Shown: positions 37,827-49,660 of the stretch, piece by piece
Layout of the letters: each line of letters begins with the position of its first letter
Numbering within the stretch: the stretch's first letter is position 1
Assembly (NCBI GenBank): GCA_951406725.2
Contig: OX597815.1
Coordinates: 178,622,001-178,686,000, forward strand
Reading direction: 5' to 3'
Origin: Octopus vulgaris
Lineage: Eukaryota
Length of the DNA: 64,000 bases
The notes under the pieces: model-generated
Database searches by the model: none
What the model was told of the DNA's origin: nothing
What the model saw: only the letters and a program-made list of their open reading frames with translations
Position numbers and translations under genes: made by a program

Positions 37827-40800
37827 TGAAGTTGCACCCTTTTATATCAAAATGGAAACCTAGTCATTCAACAGAGACTGATAATGCTCAAATTAAGATT
37901 GACTAAAACCTTTACAGACACAAAATCCAATGACTGATAGCAGTAAAATAAGAAAAGATTTTATTTTTTTGCGTCTCACAACCAAAACTCAAGAGTCAAA
38001 AACGATTTTGTTGCTGTAAGATTTGACTAATCAAGTAAGTAATCAGCTGTGTGGCCAATCACCTTAATTGCAGGAAATATCTCTAAACATCTTCCCTGTC
38101 CTACTGGGGTAACCAAGTATCCCTTCTACAGCAAGACAATTATCTCAGTCCCTCTATTTTACCCTAACCTCTCTCTAGGCTCACAGCCAATTCCCTTGGT
38201 TCCACCCTGTCCCTCAGTTGCGAGTCTTTAATTTTGCAAGCTGGGCACTATTCGAGCGTGATCGTTACCAGCACCTTACTGGCACCTGTGCCAGTGGCAT
38301 GTGTAAAAAGATTCAAGCAAAGTTGTTGCCAGTACTGCCTGACTTGCCCCCATGCCGGTGGCACGTAAAAAGCACCTACTACACTCTCACAGTGGTTGGC
38401 GTTAGGAAGGGCATCCAGCTGTAGAAACTCTGCCAGATCAAGATTGAAGCCTGGTACAGCCATCTGGTTCACCAGCCCTCAGTCAAAATCGTCCAACCCA
38501 TGCTAGCATGGAAAGCAGATGTTAAACGATGATGATGACTTGGTGATCCCACTGGTGCCACATAAAAAACACCCAATGCACTCTGTCTGTATTAGGGAGC
38601 GCATCCAGCTGTAGAAGCCATGCCAAAACAGATGGAACCTGGTGTAGCATTCCAGCTTGCCAGTCCCTGTTGACCTGCCCAACCTATGCCAGCATGGAAA
38701 ACAAACATGATATTTTAATACCCAGTCATCTATTTTTCCATAGGTGGAAGAGTTAAAATTTTCTTGAAAAGCTATAGGAATGGTAAACGACTCTTCTTCA
38801 TTCCAGTTGCTCTTTTGATACAAAAAAAAAATTGAAGAACATAAGCAAATAAATGCAAAAGCATATTTATAAGTTTAAAACATTTAGTCCTAATGTAGAA
38901 TAATTTTGTGGCTCAAACCTTCTTTTTCAACAAGTTGCATGACTGACAATGAAATTAATAGGCTTGATTTTAATTAGTCTCCTCACAATATGGGCTTTGC
39001 TATTAATAACCTAAAGCATGTTTTACTCTCAATGATTTAACTTTGCCAAAACATTTTAGGATATAACTCCAATATTTTTCCATGCCAAAACTAAAATATC
39101 TCAAGCATAACTGTTCTCTTGTACAGATTTCATCATTACTTTTTAAGGGCCTGCTTCCATAAGTTGAAGGACTTAACAGGACCCAAACGACCCCAGGTGT
39201 GGGACAGATCCAAGCTGTCTGACCCATCACTGCATTGAAAGAGGATGAAATTTGTACAAGAAGTTAGGCTTCAGATATTAAGTTTTGGGGAAGAAAAATA
39301 TTTGAGCTATAACCTAAAAGGTTTTGGAAAAGTTAAATCATTGGGAATAAACAAGTTTTATTTAATAAACATCATCATTATTATCATTTGATGTCTGTTT
39401 TCCATGCTGGCATGGATTGCATGCTTTGACAGGAGAGGTGCACCAGGCTCCAATTGTCTGCTTTGGCATAGTTTCTATGGCTGGAAGCCCTTCCTAATGC
39501 CAACCACAGAGTGTAGTGGGTGCTCTTCGTGTGGCACCAGCATGGATGCTTTTTACATGGTACAAGCGCAGGTGCTTTTAACATAGCACCAGTACCAGTG
39601 GGATTGCCAAGAAAGTTGCAAAACAAAAACCTCTTAGGTGAGAGAGGGAGTAGAACTGAAGACGTTTTTAAGAATTGGTTTCATCATGTAAATCACATTA
39701 TTTGGTGAAACTGGTTCCTTAGACTCACTCAATGCATTCACCCTCACTTCCACGGCCAAAACACTTTGCTAAATCCTTCTTCTCTGAAATACTCGAAGCC
39801 ACCTTCTCACCTTTATATTCCCATCAACCATGATTCTGCCAGAGTTATCATCATCATTGTTTAATGTCCATTTTCCATGCTAGTATGGGTTGGACGATTC
39901 GACCAGGGTCTGGAAAGCCAGAAGGCTGCACCAGGCTCCAGTCTGATCTGGCAGTGTTTCTACAGCTGGATGCCCTTCCTAACGCCAACCACTCCGTGAG
40001 TTTAGTGGGTGCAAATTACGTGCCAGGCGAGGCTGGCAACGGCCACAATCGGTTGGTGCTGTTTACGTGCCACCAGCATGGAAGCCAGTCAAGGCAGCGC
40101 TGGCATCGGCCACGTTCGGATGGTGCTTTTTACGTGCCACCGGCACGGAAGCCAGTCGAGGCAGCACTGGTATCGGCCACGTTCGGATGGTGCTTTTTAC
40201 GTGCCACCGGCACAGGGATCACAACTACAATTTCCATTGATTTTTGAACTGCCCTAGAGTTAAAAAGACTACAAGTAGTACTCAAAACTCCTCTTTGAAA
40301 GCAAAAGGAGGCAGAAACATCTCTTTGTTGAAATAGATGATAAAGACAAGATGTAAAACACCTCCTCTGGCTATTCTATATTTACTGAACCAGCTGATTA
40401 CATCAAAAGACAATTGTGATAACTTTTCCATAGTTGCTGGAAAATCATATGCTAAAAATGAGAGAACAGATTGTCTGCAAGAAAGATAACAGCTGGAATA
40501 GAAATCAAGTGAATTTTTAATTCAACTAACAGAACACTCAACATATATTATTATAATTTGTGTAATTTGGGAGGAATCTACTGGTTTGCTGAGTAAACAG
40601 AGCCAGCCAAAGACTACTTATTCACATAAAATTATTGTTCGTTTTTATGAGAACAAATAATCTACAGAAAAGGTTGCTGTTTTTTGGGTTTTTTTATCTT
40701 TTAATAGCTAAAAACTAAAGGTTCCACCACAACCTCTCCAAAACTATTAGGTTACCAGCCTCAATATTTTTCCCTTTTATAACCCATTTAAATTTTTTTT

Positions 40801-41214
40801 TCTATTATCCTCAAAAAACCTGATTTGGCTTACTAACTTATAAATTTATTTCATTAATATGTAAACCAACATCTTTTGTGGCACTCCTAAATTATCACTG
40901 TAGATAGTAGAGACTGCCTTATCTGTATAAGGGCATGTTAGTATCAAACGATTTAAATAATAAATTACTACAGTTGTAATAATAGTTTTACGTATTCACC
41001 AAATGTCTGGGTTTAATTAAGCCTAGGACAACCTTCTAAAATTACTTGAGGGTTCTTATCAAAAAAATGTTTAAAATATTCTTGAACTTGCTGTACGGAA
41101 TCTAGATGTGAACAGAATGTATTTAGGAACTGAAAAAAAATTAGTACAAACATCCTCAAATAACCGGTCTCAAAATGATTTTAATCGACATCACTATAAA
41201 CTTTCGATTATTTT

Positions 41215-41645
41215 GGCGGCGAGCAGGCCGAATCGTTAGCGTATCGAACGAAATGCTTAGCGGCATTTCGTCCGTCTCGAATTCAATGTTGCCTTTCACC
41301 TTTCAAGTTCGATAAAATAAGTACCAGTTGAGCACTGGGGTCGATGTAATCGACTGTTCCCTTCGCCCAAAATATCAGGCGTTGTGCCTACAGTGGAAAG
41401 GATTATTATTATTATTAAAACAGAGAGCAAGCAGAATCGTTGGCGTGTCGGAAAAAAATGCTTAGTGGTATTTCTTCCGGCTCCTTACATTCTGAACTCA
41501 AACACAGCTGAGGTCAGCTTTGCCTTTCATCCTTTCAGGGTCGATAAAATAAAGGACCAGTCAAGTACTGGGCTCGGAGTAACCGATTTGTCCCTTCCCC
41601 TTAAAAACTGGTGGCCCTGTGCCAAAACTATAAAGAATTTATTAT
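41215..41645 (+). mobile_element. Two head-to-tail X-family tRNA SINEs
   Basis: GCCTTTCA(T/C)C...GTCGATAAAATAAG core twice, with ATT tails. Others at about 51440-51955, 56660-56870, 58590-58880 and 59550-59770. Confidence 0.7.
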
Positions 41646-44126
41646 TAAACACAACAACGGAGTGGGAGAGTCAGGAAATTAATATGAAAATAACTAAAAT
41701 GTTTTCATATATTCAAGGAACTAAACGAATTTAACAACAGTGCTGTAATAAAACAAGTTATATCCTAATTAAGCTCTTTCGAAGAAAGAACAAATAGATT
41801 TAAATCTAATGAAAACATTTCTTCTGTGAGAATATATACAAAGACTAGACAACATTTTGTTGACTTTTCAATGGAGAACACATATTCAAGAAGGTTTCAA
41901 TTATACTTCGAATAAAAACAGCTGAGTTAAATATTGAACTAGTTTAAAACTGATATATTCAACAGAAAATATACTGAAAAAATATGGTAAAATATTAACC
42001 AAGATATAAAGGAAAAGAATTTAATTTTTTTTTTTTGTCTCATAAAATAACCCTTTTGTTAAGACGAAAAATGTACTCGGATATACGATATTGTCATTGA
42101 ATTAATATTAATAAGGGAATCTTAAAATAAGCATTTGTTGAAGGGAACTTTTCGAAAACTATAAAGTAATGTGGTCAATCACTTAAACAGCTGCCTATCA
42201 ATAAAGGAACAAAGCTTCTTGGCTGGGAGACAAACAAAAGCGACCCCTCGGCGGTCAACAAATTCTCTTATAATCCACTACTTTTCAAAGTCTATATATA
42301 ATACAACATAACTGTTTTTGTAAGATAATACAAAATTATATTCAAGAATAAGAAATCACTGTGGGAAAATCGAGAAACTGCTAAGCAAACTGAAATAGAA
42401 ACTAAATAACGGTTAAATTCAGAATTTTTAAAGGCAACCGAAACTTATTCTTCTAATAAACAATACATAAGCAAGAATACATTTTGAACGGTAGAAATCA
42501 GCTGTCAACACAAATGTATATTTAACGGAAAGCTCAAGTGAACTAAATTAACAGGTCCCCCCTCAACAGAAGTATTATTTTTATTAAATATTAAGACTGA
42601 TGGTTTGAAAATGAATAACCTCTGCCTCACTACTTAATTTCGTTTCTGTTTACATGAAAACCTAGTGATTTTTTTTTTTTTTTTTTTTTGCTAATTTCAA
42701 ACTATAACTTATTTTTTTAATACGAAAAATGCCTGAAACCAATTAATCCGGGTTTTTTTTTTTGTTGTTTACATGAAAACTCAACGAAATCTAGTTTCGA
42801 AATATATTTTAACTTTCTATATAAGATAAAAAGTGTGAAACCATGAGTGTGGAAATAAGATAGAAAATTGCTATTCAGCCAATTAGGTTTGTGTTTTTAA
42901 TTAATCAATAAAGAGATAGTCCAGGGTGGAAAACGGGTGGTTTTATTAAGAAACTAAACAGTAATACGATGTGAAGACGGGTGTCCATGGAACAGATGAT
43001 GGGACATTTTCCCTAACTAGTGCTTGGAAATGTAACTCCACTAAAATGAAAAAAGAAATTACCATATTAGGAGCATCGCATATAATTTCCTGATATTAAG
43101 GAATATTATAAAAAATAAAGGGATTATTATTGTTTATATTACATTTTTTTAATAAAATGAAACAGAAATATTACTTTTCATGTCACACTACCCTGGAACT
43201 TCTATAAATTCCTGTTTGACCTTTTTAATTAACGCGAATTCTTCAAATTCAAACATTAACTGAACAATTTTCAGAATCAATTTTCGGAAAGAAAGGGGAA
43301 AACCGATCTAAAACATAAATATTCACAAAATACTAACAGCTACATATGAAAATATGAAATATTTGTTGAATTGTATAAATAAATCCGTTTGATTTAAAAT
43401 GTCTACAAAGAGGGGGGGATTCGGGTTTTTTTGTATTTTGTTCTAGAAACATTTTAATGAGGTTTTTCACGAATTGCTGATAATCCAGTAAAATGCAATT
43501 CACTTTAAAAAAGAAAACAGGATATTTCTTACTATAAAAGCATTCAGATAATTCCTTAAAAACACTATAATTATCTAAATATATTCAGTGTTATTACAAA
43601 TGAACCGAACTACAGCCATGTTTCCTTCCAGGTTCTCTTCATGAGATTTTCAACCGTCGCGATTCTCGCTAGAATAATAATATTGGCGAGCATAATTCCA
43701 ACACGAAACTAAAGCATTTCATTCCTATTTAGACACAAGCCAATATATAACCTAACCAGGGATCCCAAATATATAAATAAACCCTTTAATTTCAAACCAT
43801 TTCTGATTCCACCATTTTCCAATGTAGAAGAAATTACACAAAGCGAAGGTTTTACTCTCTCATTAAACCATAAATGCCGTTTTATTTATTACCTTATATT
43901 TAATTTCTGAAATAACTATCGATTTTTCAGTGAATGGTGAATATTTAATTAATATTTCTCGTGAATTTCTGTTTCTTTTCCACAAAAGAGATTTAATCTG
44001 GACAAACGACACAAAAAAACAGAGAGAGGGACCCTGACGGAACAATAACAAGCAGAATAAAGAGAGAAAAGGCAAAGAATTGGTCGGCTGGGCGGAATAT
44101 ATAGAAAAGGTATTGTGTGGTTTCAC

Positions 44127-44150
44127 CTGCACTGGTTCTTGTATGAGCAT
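44127..44150 (-). CDS. CDC27: CDC27/APC3 coding exon 1 (MLIQEPVQ)
   Basis: ATG at 44150-44148. Peptide matches the vertebrate N-terminus MTVLQEPVQ. Followed by donor GTGAAA, phase 0 into exon 2. Confidence 0.9.
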
Positions 44151-44189
44151 CGTGTCTTTAAACGTCAACTACTTTGGCCATAGACATGA

Positions 44190-44280
44190 TCGACATTCAA
44201 ACACCCCATTTCGTTATAAGTCCGTACGCCATTGGGGTACGCCTCGCTTTCAAACGGTGGTCACGTGACGGCGGAGCGTA
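44190..44280 (-). promoter_or_regulatory. CDC27 proximal promoter region
   Basis: Locally CpG-rich just upstream of the ATG. Perfect palindrome GTCACGTGAC (E-box/CLEAR type) at 44260-44269, CCAAT at 44235-44231, TTTGAA at 44254-44249 and 44201-44196. Confidence 0.55.
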
Positions 44281-44289
44281 AACGAAACA

Positions 44290-45325
44290 AGCGAAAAAAG
44301 ATACTTAAACGGGTCGATTGCAAAACTGGGAACGGAATCGACGAAATTAGAAAAAATATTCGAGCGAGTCGGTTTTTTTTTTTAAAACTAACATTTTATT
44401 TATTTTGGTGAGGAATAAGATTTGGATTCTTTTTGCTTTGACAGGCAGATTTTTAAAATAATTTCTTTGTAACTAAACACTTTTAAACTTCGTATACTGG
44501 TAGAATGTGTTCATAAAGCATCTTTTTCTCTTGGCTTTCTTCAGAAAATTCTGTAGTTTGTAAGCTATTTGTTGTTTAATTTCTTGCATTTCGGCAAATA
44601 TCTCCTAAGTAAACAAAAAAATTTCAAAAAGCGAAAAAAAAAACACTAAACGGATCGCATACAAAACTGGGAACGTAATTGACGAAATTTGGAAATATTC
44701 GAGCGAGTCGGTTTTTTTTTTTAACTAACTTTTTATTTATTTTGGTGGCAATAAGATGTTTTCTTTTTTTTTAAATATGTATCTTTTGGCTTTGATCGGC
44801 AGATTTTTAAAATAATTTCTTTGTAACAACACTTTTAAACTTCGTATACTGGTAAAAATGTGTTGCATAAAACATCTTTTTCTCTTGGCTTTCTTGAGAA
44901 AATTCTGTAGTTTGTAAGCTATTTCTTGTTAAATTTCTTCCATTTCGGCAAATATCTCCCAAGTAAACCAAAAAATTTTAAAAAGCGAAAAAAACACTAA
45001 ACGGATCGCTTACAAAAGTAGGAACGTAACTGACGGAATTTGAAAATATTCAAGCGAGTCGGGTTTTTTTTAAACTAACATTTTATTTCTTTCGTGGGGA
45101 ATAAGAATGTTTTAATTTTTTTAAATATCTCCAAAGTAAGCCAAAAAATTTTAAAAAGCGAAAAAAACAATAAACGGATTGCTTACAAAAGTGGGAACGT
45201 AATTGACGAAATTTGAAAATACTCCAGCGAGTCGTTTTTTTTTTTTTTTTAACAAACATTTTATTTATTTCGGAGGGAATAAGATGTTTTCATTTTTTTA
45301 AATATCTCCTAAGTAAGCCAACAAA
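44290..45325. repeat. Tandem repeat next to the CDC27 promoter (two ~340-355-bp and two ~170-bp units)
   Basis: GCGAAAAAA..AAACGG..GGAACG..GACG(A/G)AATT..AGCGAGTCG recurs at ~44291, 44631, 44985 and 45158. Confidence 0.9.
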
Positions 45326-45886
45326 TATAAACGATCACTAATTTTCCTCAATTAATTGTAACATCAAATACCAGATCGCTTCATAAGACTCGATACCAAA
45401 TTTTATTATTTTTAACTGTTTCGGATCACATTTCATTTCTGTTTTATTAAATTAGAGTTTTGTTTTGTTTTTACTTCCTAGAGTAAAAAAGCAAAATGAA
45501 AAGATTTTTAAACATGTAACACTTATTTTACTTTTTCATTTTGATGTAGATTTCGTTTATAAATAAAATTTGTTTCTTATAAACAGTATTTTAAAACAAT
45601 ACTATTTTTACCTTCTCTCTTTTAATCAAGAAAGTTAATTATTAGATCAGTCAATTTAAATATAATCAGTCACCATGGATTGGGGGACAATTTTTTTTAT
45701 CATTATTAAAAAGACACCTACATGCAGACGAAAGTTTAATTTCAATTTTAGTCGTGTGTAATTTTAGCTCATCAAAAAAGGCTCTCCAATGCCTAGGTAG
45801 GCTCTTGAACCTTTTTTGTCTATATTAAACTAAAGTCAAAATTTGTTCAAGCATGCTTAGCGGCTACCAACAGCCACGGTAAAATG

Positions 45887-45931
<45 letters not shown>

Positions 45932-46607
45932 TTCTCCTCCTCCTCACCCACCAAGCAAGACGGTTAGCCTTGGTCTAGCCTCGACAGAATAATTTCTACC
46001 AGTTTAAATACATGTACATTTCTCTCTTCATAAGTGTCATTTGCTCAAAAACACAAATTATTCTATTCATATGGACGTTTTCTAATTGCATGATCCAATT
46101 GTCTCAGCAAAACACAAATATTTATATTTTTCATAGCACTTTTCTATGACCCAGATTATCAGACTTGTGTGTACACCTTTATGAACTCCTTTAATTTTGC
46201 CTGAATTACTGCAATGAGCAAATTATCATTTTTATGCTCTGATATATTTTAATTTGTAGCATGTCAGGAAATCTATTCTTGTTATCATGTTGTAGCATAG
46301 TAGTGCTGTGGCAAGCTCCAGCCAATCAGTGCTGGGTGCACAATACCAAAAGCAGTTTTCTACCCAAGAAGAGAAGCGAGTATTTTAATTTAACCAGTTA
46401 GTGGAAAGACATCATACAAGCAACATCAGAACAGCCTCTTTGTTTTTCACACCAACTTTGCACCGCTACCTCTGAATTATATCTGCTCACAACTTTGATC
46501 ACAACACGGGAACGCCAACTTTGCTCCGTGAACTTCTGAATGCCATCAGCCCACAACTCTGCCATATAATGAACAGCATATTTTCATTTACACTAGCTCA
46601 GTTTCAG

Positions 46608-46641
<34 letters not shown>

Positions 46642-46645
<4 letters not shown>

Positions 46646-47847
46646 TCATCATCATCATCATCATCGTTTAACGTCCGTTCTCCATGCTAGCATGGGTTGG
46701 ACGGTTCGACCGGGGTTCTGGGAAGCCAGAAGGCTGCACCAGGCTCCAGTCTAATCTGGCAATGTTTCTACAGCTGGATGCCCTTCCTAATGCCAACCAC
46801 TCCGTGAGTGTAGTGGGTGCTTTTTACGTGCCACCTGCACAGGTGCCAGGCGAGGCTGGCAACGGCCACGGTCGGATTGGTGTATTTTATGTGCCACCGG
46901 CACGGAAGCCAGTCGAGGCGGTGCTGGCATCGGCCACGAGTCGGATAGTGCTTTTTACGTACCACCAGACCAGGGATCCTGGCTGGTTCAATTCGATTTC
47001 GATTTCGCTTGCCCCAACATGTCTTCACAAGCAAAGGGGGTTGGCATGGGTGCCTGTCGTACGGTCGGATTGGAGTATTTTACGTGCCACCGGCACGGAA
47101 GCCAGTCGAAGCGGCGCTGGCATCGGCCACAAGTCAGATAGTGCTTTTTACGTACCACCAGACCAGGGATCCTGGCTGGTTCAATTCGGTTTCGATTTTG
47201 CTTGCCCCAACATGTCTTTGCAAGCAGAGGGGGTTGTCATGGGTGTCTGTCGTCGGATGAGGTTCTATATCGACTTCGCTTGCCTCAACAGGTCTTTGTG
47301 TCCAAGGGAGGAAAGGCATTCATAAGTGGGCTGGGCTCACTTGTCCTGCCTGGTCTTCTCACATACAGAATATTTCCAAAGGTCTCGGTCACTGGTCATT
47401 TCCTCAGTGAGGCCTAAAGTTCGAAGGTCGTGCTTCACCACCTCGTCCCAGGTTTTCCTGGGTCTACCTCTTCCACGGGTTCCCTCAACTGCTAGGGATT
47501 GGCACTTTCTCACACACCTATCTTCATCCATTCTCGCCACATGACCATACCAGCGCAATCGTCTCTCTTGCACACCACAACTGATGCTTCTTAGGTACAA
47601 CATTTCTCTCAAGGTGCTAACGCTCTGTCGAGTATGTACACTGACATTACACATCCATCGGAGCATACTGGCTTCATTCCTCACGAGCTTACACATGTCC
47701 TCAGCAGTCACGGCCCATGTTTCACTGCCATGTAGCATGGCTATTCGTACACACGCATCATACAGTCTGCCTTTTACTCTGAGCAAGAGGCCTTTAGTCA
47801 CCAGCAGAGGTAAGAGCTCCCTAAACTTTGCCCAGGCTATTCTTATT
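46642..47847 (-). mobile_element. 5'-truncated RTE-clade LINE (ORF C-terminus, repeat-rich 3' UTR, (GAT)n tail)
   Basis: RIRIAWAKFREL...GSETWA...RLRWYGHVARM...GRGRPRKTW is a typical RTE C-terminus. It continues into the tail shared by dozens of short copies in the window. Confidence 0.92.
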
Positions 47848-48030
47848 CTATATATATGTATATATACATACACATACATACATATATATTTCAGCAAAAC
47901 AATTAAGATTCAAATGAATTCAAGTGAATATGGTACTTAACTTAGATGCACCAGAATTCTTTATGGTATTAACCATAAAAATATATGGGGTGATTATAGC
48001 CAAGAAAAAAGTAACAACAATGGATCAGTA

Positions 48031-48120
48031 ATTCAGTACAATTGTTTCATACTGAGAACATTTTTATTTGAAGCTGCAAATATTACAGCAAATATAATGT
48101 CCAGTATTCATCAGCCAAAT
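48031..48120 (-). ncRNA. Type I hammerhead ribozyme motif, core intact
   Basis: Minus strand reads ATTTGG-CTGATGA-ATACTG...CAGTAT-GAAAC-AATT-GTA-CTGAAT. Stems I and II pair and helix III is the palindrome ACAATTGT. Confidence 0.75.
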
Positions 48121-49144
48121 CACATATATGTTTTCCAACCATCCTAGAAAGTTTAAATATCCTTATGAAGTGTTCAGAGTGAGTTCCATGACTTTGAAGT
48201 AAGGTAATAAGCAGACTTTATATGTCTTCCAACAATGCACAGTTTTTAAAAAAATTTTTTAAAGGATTATTAAATTCTCAGAAAAGGTAAATCCAACCAT
48301 AAAGGTGTTGATATAAATTTCAGGAAGCATGAGGGAAGGTGTTGTTTACACTGGTTCAGTTCACATCTAACTGTTGCAGACAGAAATTTAGTAATAGTAA
48401 TGAATATAGAGAGGTAAGGCCAAGTAAAGGACAATGGAAGGAAAGAAGTGGGGGAATAAGGGTGCCACAGACAAAGATTAGTCTGTTTCTGTGGTGACAA
48501 AAATCTAAGTCAATGTTGAAACACATACATACATACATACATATGATTTAACGTATTACGTATAATTTAATTTGAGAAATAGTTTTGTAAGACAATGTAT
48601 TATTTAATAGTTAGGTGGTCTATTTATTATGTAGTATTACATTTAAGTAAATTAGTTTAATATTAATTGATATTTTGGTCAACTATATAATTGAGCAAAA
48701 TATTAAATCTATAGATACTACATATATATTAATAATGTGGTTAGTTTATATAATAGGTGTGTATATATATGAACCATTTCCTATTTTTAATTCTAATATT
48801 TATTTCTTGTATTAACATTATGTATATTACTTAATATTAAGGTTTTTAATATAAATTATTTAATGAGTATAAGATTTTATTTAGATGTTTATTAAATAAA
48901 TAAATTAATTAATAATTGAATTTAGTGTATATAGATTAAATTATAATATTTAGTTTTCACTTAATGTATATTTTGTATTATATATATATATATATTTGTT
49001 TTAAATATTTTAATTGTATCTTATTTTTTATTCTATTTTTTTTATTTAAACAAGAATATGTTTGTTAAGATATTTCGTATTTTACAAGATTATTAACGTA
49101 TATTTATTAATTTATTTAATTGATTATTTTATTGTTTTTATCTT

Positions 49145-49227
49145 TAACCTGAAGAGTGGCTATATTTATATTGAAGTGATTTTACTATTATCATTTCTTA
49201 AATATAGCCATGATACACGTGTTGTTA
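49145..49227 (+). ncRNA. Degenerate type I hammerhead motif in an AT-rich PLE-like remnant
   Basis: TAAC-CTGAAGA-GTGGCTATATTTA...TAAATATAGCCAT-GATAC-ACGT-GTT-GTTA. 13-bp stem II, palindrome ACACGTGT, GAAAC mutated to GATAC. Confidence 0.7.
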
Positions 49228-49384
49228 TTCTACCAAATATATACGTTTTATTTATTATTTTGCACTTCACTTAATCATTGTTATATGTTTTATCTTATAT
49301 TTCATCTTTCTATAAGATGTAATTTTTCTGAATGGTATAATTCAATTTTTCATTATTGAATTGATAAAAGGTGGTTTCTGTCTA

Positions 49385-49421
<37 letters not shown>

Positions 49422-49505
49422 TTTGTGAAATTTGATTTAGTATTTCTAAATTGAATTTTTCCCTGTAAGTTTGGAATAATATTCCCTCATATTATATATA
49501 TATGT

Positions 49506-49660
49506 GTTGGGTTGGTGCATAATTATAGCAGCATTTTTTCAACAAATTTTATTCAACAAAAACGATAACAATGTGTAACAAAAACATCTTTAAATGATTT
49601 TTTCGAAGCATATTCACTATCTACTTCAATTACTGTTTCCCATTTGCTTGGCAGATGGAC
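49506..49660 (-). mobile_element. Mariner 3' end fragment
   Basis: TIR-like TTGGGTTGGTGCATAATTA. Minus-strand LPSKWETVIEVDSEY. Confidence 0.6.

Noticed and set aside
43863-44168. 101-aa ORF as a standalone protein
   Set aside because: Only MLIQEPVQ is coding (CDC27 exon 1). The rest is 5' UTR or intron 1.
46684-47325. 213-aa ORF as a novel gene
   Set aside because: It is the antisense reading of the RTE 3' UTR. The same pseudo-peptide (LQLDALPNANH) recurs in many repeat copies.
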